From IMG/VR virus record IMGVR_UViG_3300031963_000683, positions 1 to 29,626 of that record: 29,626 bases of DNA, one strand, 5' to 3'. Positions 8,547-16,391 of the stretch are shown one piece after another. The notes below the pieces were generated by a model. That model did not search any database. It was not told the origin of the DNA and saw nothing but the letters and a program-made list of their open reading frames with translations. Positions within the stretch are counted from its first letter, which is position 1; each line of letters starts with the position of its first letter. Made by a program: the position numbers and the translations under genes. The stretch is from a virus. Taxonomy: Duplodnaviria; Caudoviricetes.

Positions 8547-8580
8547 AGGAGGGGGTCGGGGTGGGGCTGCCTCAACGCAC
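8547..8580 (-). promoter_or_regulatory. Putative late promoter copy 5 (GTGCG-TTGAGG-N17-CCTCCT)
   Basis: Overlaps the upstream stop codon; predicted +1 falls on the AGGAGG SD. Confidence 0.65.
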
Positions 8581-8775
8581 GGGGCGGTGAAAGCCGAGCG
8601 GGCCGCGATGCGATTCGGCGGCATCTCGCGCCTTCATGGCCTTGCCGATCTGAAAGGCGCGGTGGGCGGCGGGGCTTACGGACTTGAACCGTGGCGGTTC
8701 CTCCTGCCCGCTCAGATCGTAGCAGGTGCCAGTCTCAAACCACGGCAGCCAGTCCTCGTCGTCCCAGTCGTCCAT
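8572..8775 (-). CDS. Hypothetical protein
   Basis: MDDWDDEDWLPWFETG.. starts 1 nt after the upstream stop; PLGF C-terminal motif. Confidence 0.55.
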   Translation of the reverse strand: MDDWDDEDWLPWFETGTCYDLSGQEEPPRFKSVSPAAHRAFQIGKAMKARDAAESHRGPLGFHRPVR

Positions 8776-8776
8776 C

Positions 8777-8959
8777 CTACCCCATCTCCACATCGTCGAC
8801 GTCCAGGGTGCCCGGATCAGGCCGCAGGTCGGTCGCGGATCTCGGGAACGGGCGGCCAAGGCGCGCGGCCCAGCGTGCGCGCTTGGCGGAGGCTTTCTTG
8901 TTTTTGACCAGTTGCTCTGCCTGCCAGACAGCGTGCTCGGGTGTGCCGGCCACGATCAT
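8777..8959 (-). CDS. Hypothetical protein
   Basis: MIVAGTPEHAVWQAEQ..; ATGA coupling to the upstream gene. Confidence 0.55.
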   Translation of the reverse strand: MIVAGTPEHAVWQAEQLVKNKKASAKRARWAARLGRPFPRSATDLRPDPGTLDVDDVEMG

Positions 8960-10167
8960 GCGACCATCTCCGGCGAGACGGTCACAGAGCCGACCTGCCC
9001 CCACCGACTGTGGTAGGTGTAGGCCGTGGCCTGCCTGTCGCTGTGCCAGCCGCCGCGGGCCGCATAGGCGTCGCGCGCCGCAAGGGTCGAGTGCTGCGTC
9101 ACCTTCATGCCGCTGTGCTCCTTGATCTCCTCGTGATGCCGGTGGCCGGTGTGGGCGTATCGCTTTGTCGTCGCGCCCCACTCGCGCGGGTACTGAGCGG
9201 CGAACAGCAGGGGCAGGCCGTCGTTCTTCTTCAGGTGCCCGTGGTGGAACGCCAGCATGGTCTCGCCGTGGACGTGGACGTAGTAAGGCAGCTCGCTGTC
9301 GATGACCTTCACGCGCGGCTCGTTCTCGTACAGGGCGCCGAACATGATGCGGAGCCAGACGCTCGAGGCAAGGTCGTGGTTACCCTCGGCCATGACGACA
9401 AAGACGGTCTTGTGGCGGGAGAGCGCCAGATCAATCACCCGGCGCAGAATGCGGATCGCCGTGCGGACCATCTTGGAGAACCGTCCGTCGGCGTCCAGCA
9501 CATGCCCGTGGCCCGGCGTCACCGGCAGCAGGCCGTCATAGTGCAGAAAATCGCCAAGCTGGTTGACGACGCAGGTGTCGGCGCAGGGCGATCGCTCGAC
9601 CATCTGCTCAAAGCAGCCGACCAGCGTGTCCTCGGCGATCTGCATGTCCCAGTCGGCCCCGCCCTCCTTGCGCCACGCCAGCATGCCGACATGGGAATCG
9701 GTCAGGGTGAACAGGTTGCACAGCGCCTCGTTGGTGCTCGCCGGCGGGGCTATGGACGCAACGCGCGGCACCTCCTCGCTGAGGGCGGCAAACGCCTCCC
9801 GCAGCATCTCAGCCCGGCGCTCATCGTCCGCGCTCGACTTGTCCCAGGACAGCACCTCGACACGCTGGCCGGTGACCGGATCCAGTTTGCGCAGGACAGA
9901 TCGGCCTTTGAGCTTGAACCCGTCCGGCACCTGCTCGGTCATGCCGTACTCAGGCGCGTGGCCCTGCGCAGCAGCGCGGGCGCGGATCTGCGCCAGCATC
10001 CGTCGGAAGCTGCGGTCGTCCGTGTTCAGGTGTCTGGCGGCGTGGGTAATGCTGCCAATGTCAATGACGGCCTGCACGCACTCTCGCTGGCGCTCCGTCT
10101 CGCAGAAGCGGAGCAGAGCCTCGGTCGGCACCGCGTCCTGCGGCGGGACGAACCGGAGGCCGGTCAC
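8956..10167 (-). CDS. HTH plus calcineurin-like metallophosphoesterase
   Basis: N-terminal GSITHAARHL HTH; TDSH, LGDFLH, GNHD, HHGH and GHRHH metal motifs; GTG start coupled to the Rz1 stop. Confidence 0.85.
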   Translation of the reverse strand: MTGLRFVPPQDAVPTEALLRFCETERQRECVQAVIDIGSITHAARHLNTDDRSFRRMLAQIRARAAAQGHAPEYGMTEQVPDGFKLKGRSVLRKLDPVTGQRVEVLSWDKSSADDERRAEMLREAFAALSEEVPRVASIAPPASTNEALCNLFTLTDSHVGMLAWRKEGGADWDMQIAEDTLVGCFEQMVERSPCADTCVVNQLGDFLHYDGLLPVTPGHGHVLDADGRFSKMVRTAIRILRRVIDLALSRHKTVFVVMAEGNHDLASSVWLRIMFGALYENEPRVKVIDSELPYYVHVHGETMLAFHHGHLKKNDGLPLLFAAQYPREWGATTKRYAHTGHRHHEEIKEHSGMKVTQHSTLAARDAYAARGGWHSDRQATAYTYHSRWGQVGSVTVSPEMVA

Positions 10168-10430
10168 TCGCACAACTCCCGCGCCGTGCCGGCCCGGCCC
10201 CAGCCCTCACGGCCCCAGTCCAGAACCTCGGACGCCCATGCCAGCAGGTCGCGCGTGGCGTCCTTCTCGGCATTGGTGACGGGAGCGACAAGACCGGCGC
10301 TATCCGGCAGCACAGGCTCCGGCCGGACCTCGGTGCAGAGGCTAGGCGGCAGGGGCGGTTGGTTGGAGTGCGTCGCGCAACTCGCCAGAAGGAACAAGCT
10401 CGCGCACAGCACAGCCTTGGGGATCGACAT
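10164..10430 (-). CDS. Outer-membrane spanin (Rz1-like lipoprotein)
   Basis: Lipobox LLAS-C, Pro-rich; overlaps the 3' end of the Rz-like gene in another frame. Confidence 0.8.
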   Translation of the reverse strand: MSIPKAVLCASLFLLASCATHSNQPPLPPSLCTEVRPEPVLPDSAGLVAPVTNAEKDATRDLLAWASEVLDWGREGWGRAGTARELCE

Positions 10431-10671
10431 GGATCGGCCTCTCGATGATGGTCTCGATGCGCCGGGCCGACTGACGGGCCTCGTTCACGCGGGCCAGGCA
10501 TTGATCGGCCTGGGTTTGGGCGTCATCCTGCGCAGCGACCTTGAAGTCACGCAGGGTCTTGAGTTCGGCGTTGGCCTCGATCAGCTCGTTCTTGAGCCGG
10601 TCGACGCGCCACGACTGCACGCCGGCAAGCGCCAGAGCCACGGCCAATGCAGCGAGCAGGTAGCGGGTCAT
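10342..10671 (-). CDS. Inner-membrane spanin (Rz-like)
   Basis: MTRYLLAALAVALALAGVQSWRV TM anchor followed by coiled coil. Confidence 0.8.
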   Translation of the reverse strand: MTRYLLAALAVALALAGVQSWRVDRLKNELIEANAELKTLRDFKVAAQDDAQTQADQCLARVNEARQSARRIETIIERPIHVDPQGCAVRELVPSGELRDALQPTAPAA

Positions 10672-10877
10672 TCCGGCCTCCACGCGACAGGATAGAAGCA
10701 CTTGCTGCGCTCCCAGTGCCCCTCCATCACGACCTCGCCTTCCCCCCAGTGTCTGACGGTCGGACACAGCGGATGCGTGATGCGCGACTGGATTCGGGCC
10801 TCGCGCCCGTCCTCGTCGATGCCGACAATCCACGTCCCATCTTGCGGGGCGTCTTGCATGTCGCGGAAGTCGGTCAT
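10668..10877 (-). CDS. Hypothetical protein (DUF551-like APxDGT motif)
   Basis: DAPQDGTWIVG..PVAWRP; ATGA-coupled at both ends. Confidence 0.6.
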   Translation of the reverse strand: MTDFRDMQDAPQDGTWIVGIDEDGREARIQSRITHPLCPTVRHWGEGEVVMEGHWERSKCFYPVAWRPE

Positions 10878-11368
10878 TGCTCGTTCACCGTGATCGGCGT
10901 GCCGTTGGCCTTCAGCCTGACAACCCGAGCGACGGGCAGCGGTATCTCATTCGGCCAGCGCATCTCCGACAGGCGATTGCGGGCGATGCGGGTGATCGAG
11001 ACGGCGTCGCCCTGATTGCCGCCAAGGACGTGCAGGTGTGTGTCGTCCTCGCCGACATAGAAGCCGACGTGACCTCCTCCGGCCCGCGTGAAGGTCAGGA
11101 TGCAGCCAGGTCGGGGAGCCAGCAACTTGCGGCCCCACTTGCCCCACTCCGATGCACGGACGGCGATCGGCGGGGACTTGATGCCTGCATGGTCCATGAC
11201 GTGCGCGCAGAACAGGCCGCACCACGGGACGGAGTCGGCGGCGTAGCTGATGCCGAGAACCTTCGCGCCGAGCCGCTTGGCCCAGCCCATGATCGTGGCG
11301 CTATTGCCCGCGCCGGGGACTTCGCGCACGCCGATCAGCGAACGCGCGTAAGGCATCCAGATACTCAC
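10874..11368 (-). CDS. Endolysin, TIGR02594 family (NlpC/P60-CHAP-like)
   Basis: IGVREVPG..DSVPWCGLF..GGGHVGFY..VLGGNQGDAV; GTG start overlaps the holin stop. Confidence 0.88.
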   Translation of the reverse strand: MSIWMPYARSLIGVREVPGAGNSATIMGWAKRLGAKVLGISYAADSVPWCGLFCAHVMDHAGIKSPPIAVRASEWGKWGRKLLAPRPGCILTFTRAGGGHVGFYVGEDDTHLHVLGGNQGDAVSITRIARNRLSEMRWPNEIPLPVARVVRLKANGTPITVNEQ

Positions 11369-11604
11369 GCCACCCCCCGGATTTTCTCGATGGTCTTGAG
11401 GCCCAGCATCGCCGCGCAGAAGGTGAGCCAGGCGACGAGGTAGCCCTCCGGCATGGGGCGCTGGATTGCGGGGCCGATCACGCCGGCGTAGGCCAGTCCG
11501 GCAACGACGACCCATCCAGCAGACGGCCGCCACAGACGGTCAAAGCACTGCCACGCCCAGTGCGTGCGGATCGGATGGTCCGGCAGGGCGGTGTGGTCGG
11601 TCAT
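11365..11604 (-). CDS. Holin (GTA 3TM-holin-like)
   Basis: WRPSAGW and MLGLKTIEKIRGV motifs, two hydrophobic segments; directly upstream of the endolysin. Confidence 0.78.
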   Translation of the reverse strand: MTDHTALPDHPIRTHWAWQCFDRLWRPSAGWVVVAGLAYAGVIGPAIQRPMPEGYLVAWLTFCAAMLGLKTIEKIRGVA

Positions 11605-11828
11605 CGCGCACGCTCTATGCGGTCAAGCTGCTTCTGCATGGCCTCTGTCCGCTCATCCAGCCGGGCCAGCGTCCCATCCGCCAGCGGCGCGACCGTGCGC
11701 TCAAGGGTCGAGACGCGCTGATTGATCCCGCCACCCCAGAAGACCAGCGTCGTCGCCTGAGCTACCAGCGCGACGATCACGCCAATCATCGCCCAGTTCA
11801 ACTTTCGCGCGTCCGAATGCAGAGTCAT
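11601..11828 (-). CDS. Single-TM coiled-coil lysis-cassette protein (holin/antiholin-like)
   Basis: MTLHSDARKLNWAMIGVIVALVAQ..LARLDER..LDRIE. Confidence 0.65.
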   Translation of the reverse strand: MTLHSDARKLNWAMIGVIVALVAQATTLVFWGGGINQRVSTLERTVAPLADGTLARLDERTEAMQKQLDRIERAR

Positions 11829-11866
11829 CCGTTGCCACCCCAGCCTTCGTGCGCGCGCGTTTGCAT
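11825..11866 (-). CDS. Putative leaderless 13-aa uORF (MQTRAHEGWGGNG)
   Basis: ATG at the predicted +1 of promoter copy 6; TGA overlaps the next ATG (ATGA). Confidence 0.35.
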   Translation of the reverse strand: MQTRAHEGWGGNG

Positions 11867-11872
11867 GCCCGC

Positions 11873-11906
11873 ACATCGCCGCCTCGACCTCGCACCCTCA
11901 ACGCAC
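11873..11906 (-). promoter_or_regulatory. Putative late promoter copy 6 (GTGCG-TTGAGG-N17-CGATGT), lysis cassette
   Basis: Intergenic, 4 nt after the upstream stop. Confidence 0.7.
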
Positions 11907-11910
11907 AAGG

Positions 11911-12594
11911 TCACCGCTTGAACTCCCGTACGGACACGGTCGCCGCATCGGCCTCGCCCGTTTCGTAGTTGCTGACGCTTGCCTGCGCCGTGACGCTGTA
12001 GGTGTACGTCCCCGCCGACAGGGTCTCGACCGCGCGCGGCGTCTGCCAGCCCTGGATCAAGTCACCGCTGATCGCCACAAAGGTCTTGTCAAAAATCACA
12101 GTCGAGTCCCGGTACATGCGGACCCGGCACGAGACACCGCCGGCCGTCGGGTGCCAGACCGTCAGGTGGAAGTTGGCCTGAATCTCAAGCTCACCACCCG
12201 TCGTCGTATAGGTCCGGCTCGCAATCGTCGTCTCAAGCGCCGCGTTCAAGGCCACGACCCCGCCGACCGCGGAGGTCGCGCCGGCCGTAATCGCAGAACT
12301 CGCCACCTTGGCTGTCGGAACCAGCCCGTCATCCAGCGCCGCCGAGTCCGTGATCTTCTCCCCGTCCGTCAGATCCAGAAACGGCTTCACGTCCGTCCCG
12401 CCGACATTCAGACCCGTGAACGCCTCGTCGCCCGCCAGCACGTCATCGACGCGATCATCTACCGCGGTCGCATCCGCCTGAGCCGCAGCCGCGGCCAACG
12501 CCGCCAACTCGGTCTTGCGGGCAGCCCTGGCCAGCCGCTGCTCAAGCGTCGGCTCCGGCCGCGTGGTCGGGATGGAACGACGGACAGTGGTCAT
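11911..12594 (-). CDS. Probable virion or fibre-like protein
   Basis: ATG 12594 coupled to the upstream stop; VPTAKVASSAIT linker and beta-rich C-terminal domain (LSAGTYTYSV). Confidence 0.6.
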   Translation of the reverse strand: MTTVRRSIPTTRPEPTLEQRLARAARKTELAALAAAAAQADATAVDDRVDDVLAGDEAFTGLNVGGTDVKPFLDLTDGEKITDSAALDDGLVPTAKVASSAITAGATSAVGGVVALNAALETTIASRTYTTTGGELEIQANFHLTVWHPTAGGVSCRVRMYRDSTVIFDKTFVAISGDLIQGWQTPRAVETLSAGTYTYSVTAQASVSNYETGEADAATVSVREFKR

Positions 12595-12779
12595 GCGACG
12601 TACGGCGCCACGACCGCACCCTCCGCCAACACCCGCGTCACCTCGTCGACCGTGTACGGCGAGCCGGTATTGTCGCGCAGGCACTCGAGCACGGATCGGG
12701 TGATCTCGATGTAATCCGGCAGGCCATCGACCAGGTCGGTCTGGTCAGCCGCCTCAACGCATTGCTCGAACAGGGTCAT
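12591..12779 (-). CDS. Hypothetical protein
   Basis: MTLFEQCVEAADQ..; GAGG RBS. Confidence 0.6.
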   Translation of the reverse strand: MTLFEQCVEAADQTDLVDGLPDYIEITRSVLECLRDNTGSPYTVDEVTRVLAEGAVVAPYVA

Positions 12780-12789
12780 TGAAACCTCG

Positions 12790-12905
12790 GAGGTTTTGGA
12801 GGGGTGAAAAAAAAATGAGGTCCGGTCGGGAAAAGTTGCGGGTGTGACACCTGCCGGGACCATCGCCCCCCGCGATTACCCCCCGCCCCCCGTACCCCCC
12901 GCCCC
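12790..12905. other. Homopolymer-rich non-coding tract after terS (candidate pac site or genome end)
   Basis: Four C6 runs plus C4 at 12866-12905 and an A9 tract near 12807-12815. Confidence 0.4.
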
Positions 12906-13001
12906 GGCGCATCTCGCCCGGCAATGCGGGGCGGCCGGCAGGGTACCCCGTCGGAACGGCCGCCCGGAATCGGAGGCCCGTTAACCGGGGCCACTAGGGG
13001 C

Positions 13002-13550
13002 CTATTCATCGTCCGACTCATCGCATCCAACTGCGTCGGAGTTGGACGGGTAAGGCGGTAATGGCGTGTAGGGCGGGCTTTCGATCACACCGGGCATCTG
13101 ACTAGCAGGCAGATGCCCCATGCCTTGCGCCGCATTGACCACGATTTGCACAAGGGTCCGGGCTGTCGCGTTAGGGTCCGTGCCCTTCGCGCCAAGCTCG
13201 CCTGCAGCTTCGAGAAACACGCGGTTCGCCTTTAGCCGGACATCCTCTGAGCAGGCGGAGTCGGCCAACTGGGCCACGTTGAGCCACGCTTTCGAGGTTC
13301 GGGACTCGAGCCATGCGTGTTTGACAGAGGAAAGGAACGCCCGAACGTGAGGCTTTTTCATCGCCACGTTGAGGCTATGCGGCGTCATACCGGCACGGCG
13401 AGCGGCGTCCTGTTGCGAAAGGCCCTCTGTCACAATCAGCGTGCAAGCCTCTTGCAATCGCGGCCTAATCTGTGGCGCGCGTGCAATCGCAACGGCCGCC
13501 CTAGCCTTTTCGTCAATGATCGGATGCGCGTCGGCGCTCAACGCGTGCAA
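13002..13550 (-). CDS. Terminase small subunit (probable)
   Basis: HTH (LSQQDAARRAGM..KPHVRAFL), SEDVRLKANRVFLEAAG helix, VQIVVN tail; start uncertain (TTG 13550 or 13541). Confidence 0.7.
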   Translation of the reverse strand: MHALSADAHPIIDEKARAAVAIARAPQIRPRLQEACTLIVTEGLSQQDAARRAGMTPHSLNVAMKKPHVRAFLSSVKHAWLESRTSKAWLNVAQLADSACSEDVRLKANRVFLEAAGELGAKGTDPNATARTLVQIVVNAAQGMGHLPASQMPGVIESPPYTPLPPYPSNSDAVGCDESDDE

Positions 13551-13939
13551 TCCCGCTTAGGCGCCGGAACCGCGCCGATCGACTGGGCAAGCTCTGCAGG
13601 CATGAGCACGAGGGCAATCCCCGCGGTCTCGAGCCAGACTTCGGCCATGAAGCTTAGGGCGATCTCACCGTCCGGCTTGTCCGGTGCGGGCGGGTCAATG
13701 GTGATCCGGGCCCGGTAACCGTGCTCCGCTTTGGTGACGTAGCGGTCACTCCATCCAGCTCGCCCGTCAAACTGCTCGCAAGTCTCATTTGATGCGATCC
13801 GGTGCGCGCGTAGCAGCGACGCAATATCGGCGCGGGAATGAACGATAACGGGGCGGGTAATGCGATAGGCCTGGTCCGCGTAACGGACGGGGCGGGGTTC
13901 GCATCCTGCAGAGTCTATGGTCGCACAATGGTTCATCAT
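13538..13939 (-). CDS. Hypothetical protein, degenerate XRE-HTH-like
   Basis: LLRAHRIASNETCEQFDGRAGWSDRYVTKAEHG pattern. Confidence 0.55.
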   Translation of the reverse strand: MMNHCATIDSAGCEPRPVRYADQAYRITRPVIVHSRADIASLLRAHRIASNETCEQFDGRAGWSDRYVTKAEHGYRARITIDPPAPDKPDGEIALSFMAEVWLETAGIALVLMPAELAQSIGAVPAPKRDCTR

Positions 13940-14034
13940 CGCCCCCTTGATCGGGGCGGGATCAGTGACCTGGGGCGCGCCAACGCAAGGGCAATATGGC
14001 GGTTGCGGGTTAGCGCCGGGTTATCGCCGTTTTG

Positions 14035-14261
14035 TCGAGTGAGGCGATCGAGTGCTCCTGTATGCCTACTCCTCTAAACTGTTACCATTGTGCAGTTATA
14101 TACACCCCCCCCTATATTCTCACTCGATTGATATATAGAGCCCTAAACCCTGTCACTGCCTGACTGAATAGCCTTTATCGAGTGGGATCGAGTGAGGGCG
14201 CACTTGCCGGTTTCGTGTGTAACGCTTACATATGGCCGACGGGCAAAAGGGGAGCACTCGA
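14035..14261. repeat. Cluster of six TCGAGTG repeats around an AT-rich core
   Basis: Direct copies at 14035, 14048, 14178 and 14188; inverted copies at 14121 and 14255. Confidence 0.75.
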
Positions 14262-14262
14262 C

Positions 14263-14856
14263 ATGATCGATTCCGCCGAATATCAGGCCGATCGGGCCTG
14301 TCTGGACCGGGTGCGGGCCGTGCTATCCGTGGGCGAAATGAGCCGGACGGACCTTGGCCGCCGCTGCAATGCGCATCCGACGGCGCGCGTTCAAGGCGTG
14401 ATCGACACGCTTAAGGCGTCGGGACATATCGCCGAGACGATCATCCGGAACGGGCGCGGCGTCCGGACGATGCTTCGCCTGGCCGATCCAGCGCGCGCCG
14501 CCCGCGACCCCCTGCTAGTCCGTATGAGCGCGGAGGCGATTGGGGTCCAGGGCGAAGCGGAGGCGCGGTTGCGGGTATGGTTTGCCGATTTGGAAGCGGC
14601 GAAGGCAGTCACGCTGGCGGACTCGGCGGCGCGGCCGGTCCTGGAAGCGGCGCGCGATCTACTGATCAGACTTTACCGGACGCCATGGAAATACGCCGTT
14701 GATAGGCCGCTGAATGACATTGCGGACGGGCTGGCGGCCGTGAAAGCGGCGCGCAAGCTGGCGGAAATGGGCGCGATCGTCCTGAAAGAGCGGCGCGGCA
14801 AGGGCCGATTGAGCACGTTCCGGCTGGCGAGCGTCCCGCCCTATCCGATGCAATAG
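14263..14856 (+). CDS. Putative winged-helix DNA-binding protein
   Basis: AAGGGGAG RBS; GEMSRTDLGRRC..VIDTLKASGHI and ARKLAEMGAIV..RGKG wHTH-like segments. Confidence 0.65.
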   Translation: MIDSAEYQADRACLDRVRAVLSVGEMSRTDLGRRCNAHPTARVQGVIDTLKASGHIAETIIRNGRGVRTMLRLADPARAARDPLLVRMSAEAIGVQGEAEARLRVWFADLEAAKAVTLADSAARPVLEAARDLLIRLYRTPWKYAVDRPLNDIADGLAAVKAARKLAEMGAIVLKERRGKGRLSTFRLASVPPYPMQ

Positions 14857-14866
14857 CGAAAGGGGG

Positions 14867-14897
14867 TTGACGGGGTTAGGTATGTGCTGGCATATAC
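14867..14897 (+). promoter_or_regulatory. Housekeeping sigma70-type promoter (TTGACG-N17-GCATATAC)
   Basis: Resembles the Caulobacter sigma70 consensus; intergenic, upstream of the accessory operon. Confidence 0.6.
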
Positions 14898-14943
14898 GCG
14901 GCGTCGGCCCCGAAGCGGGGCGCCTGGAATGGAATGAGACAAG

Positions 14944-15132
14944 ATGACAAGCCCTCGCCTCGCCTATCTCGACTGGCTCGCATTCGGGCATTCGCTTGCC
15001 CGCCGGGCCGCCTTCTATCCTGCAGGCTCAACCGGCCGTGCGTGGTGCAAGGTCAACGCTCGCGACGCATTCCGCGCGGCTCGCGAGACTCGCCGGGTCA
15101 ACCGGCAAGCGTTCGCCATGGGCGCCCGCTAA
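14944..15132 (+). CDS. Hypothetical protein
   Basis: 62 aa; stop overlaps the next ATG. Confidence 0.55.
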   Translation: MTSPRLAYLDWLAFGHSLARRAAFYPAGSTGRAWCKVNARDAFRAARETRRVNRQAFAMGAR

Positions 15133-15506
15133 TGACTCGCCGCATCCCCTACACCGGCCAAATTCCCTACATGACGGCCCGGCTTACAGTGTCCGGCTAT
15201 CGCCCGACGGAGTCCAGCCGCTTCGCCGTGGTCCGGGTGAACGCCGACGCGCCGTGGTCCCTGATCCATACACGTTCAGGAATGCCGGTTAACTCGCTTC
15301 TCCCGGCACTGGCCCGCAAGGTCACGCTTGCCGATAAGCTCGCCGTTGCCGCGGCCTTTGAAGCGCAAACGCACTTGAACTGGGCCGCCTTTGACGAACT
15401 GCAGGAACTGGGTCCCGGTTTCAACGGGACGCAATACATGGACCCGGCGAAGGGCGCGGCCCTCGCCCCCGCGCTTCGCCAGATTGCAGCCCAGGTGCTC
15501 GCCTAA
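15132..15506 (+). CDS. Hypothetical protein
   Basis: MTRRIPYTGQ..PWSLIHTRSGM; TAATG coupling. Confidence 0.6.
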   Translation: MTRRIPYTGQIPYMTARLTVSGYRPTESSRFAVVRVNADAPWSLIHTRSGMPVNSLLPALARKVTLADKLAVAAAFEAQTHLNWAAFDELQELGPGFNGTQYMDPAKGAALAPALRQIAAQVLA

Positions 15507-15604
15507 GCCGACGCTCAAGTTTCCGGCCGTCAATGGCGGCCGGTTTCTTGAACGCCTGTTGCGTTCTGTTTGCCCAGTCTGGGCGCCTATTGGAGATCCA
15601 CCCC

Positions 15605-15946
15605 ATGCGTATCTATGTCGCTTGTCTCGCCAGTTATAACGCCGGAATCCTTCACGGCCGCTGGATTGACGCGAGCTCTGATCCCGACGCCATGCAAGGC
15701 GAGATTGACGCCATGCTTAAGGCGAGCCGCGAACCGGGCGCGGAGGAATGGGCGGTGCATGATTACGACGGCGTTCCGTCCGGCCTGGGCGAATATCCCG
15801 GGCTCGACAAGATCGCGGCCTTTGTCGCGTTGTGTGAAGAATTCGACTTTCTCGACTCGGACGACGTCGCCGCCATTGCCGCGAATTGGTGCGGCGACCT
15901 GGATCAGGCGCGAGTCTTTCTCGACACGCCCCCGGCCATGCCATGA
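15605..15946 (+). CDS. ardA: Antirestriction protein ArdA, C-terminally shortened
   Basis: MRIYVACLASYNAGILHGRWID..EEWAVHDYD signature; GGAG RBS; only 113 aa. Confidence 0.85.
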   Translation: MRIYVACLASYNAGILHGRWIDASSDPDAMQGEIDAMLKASREPGAEEWAVHDYDGVPSGLGEYPGLDKIAAFVALCEEFDFLDSDDVAAIAANWCGDLDQARVFLDTPPAMP

Positions 15947-16161
15947 TCACCACGCCCGACGACCTAAAGGCCGCCCGCCTCGCGCTAGGATGGAGTCTCC
16001 GCGATATGGCCCGTGCCTTGCGCCTTGCCCAGGTTGAGACAAAGGGCCCGGACCGCGTGCGGGATATGGAATCAGGCGCCCGGCCTATCAGCGGCCCGGT
16101 CACGGTGTGTGTTGAGGCGTTCCTAACCGGGTTCCGGCCTGCAGGCTTTGCAGATGAATAG
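15943..16161 (+). CDS. XRE-family HTH protein
   Basis: TPDDLKAARLALGWSLRDMARAL..VRDMESGARPI. Confidence 0.8.
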   Translation: MITTPDDLKAARLALGWSLRDMARALRLAQVETKGPDRVRDMESGARPISGPVTVCVEAFLTGFRPAGFADE

Positions 16162-16363
16162 CCCCGCCCGACGCAAGGCCGCTGCAGCCCACGACGCCAA
16201 GCTGCAGGGCGAAGGCTGGCGCAAGGTCACGTTCCGTGCGTCGCCCGATATGGCGGCCGCGCTCGACTCCCTGATTGCCCGCCACGGTACCCTGCAGGCC
16301 GCCATGAGGGCGATTCTGGCGCCCGCGCCCGCGCATATCTCGCAGCGTGGCAAGCCCGAATAA
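16154..16363 (+). CDS. Small DNA-binding protein (ribbon-helix-helix-like)
   Basis: GWRKVTFRASPDMAAALDSL strand-helix pattern. Confidence 0.55.
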   Translation: MNSPARRKAAAAHDAKLQGEGWRKVTFRASPDMAAALDSLIARHGTLQAAMRAILAPAPAHISQRGKPE

Positions 16364-16391
16364 AATCCCGCCAACAGATTTTTCAAAATCC

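Noticed and set aside
12754-13546. Partial late-promoter matches at 12754 (TCAACGCAT) and 13538 (TCAACGCGT)
   Set aside because: Mismatched core, so not counted among the six copies.
13940-14260. Full CtrA boxes (TTAA-N7-TTAA) in regulatory regions
   Set aside because: No complete site was seen by eye, only isolated half-site-like words.
15943-16363. Toxin-antitoxin pair
   Set aside because: Both small ORFs look like DNA-binding proteins and no toxin motif was recognised.
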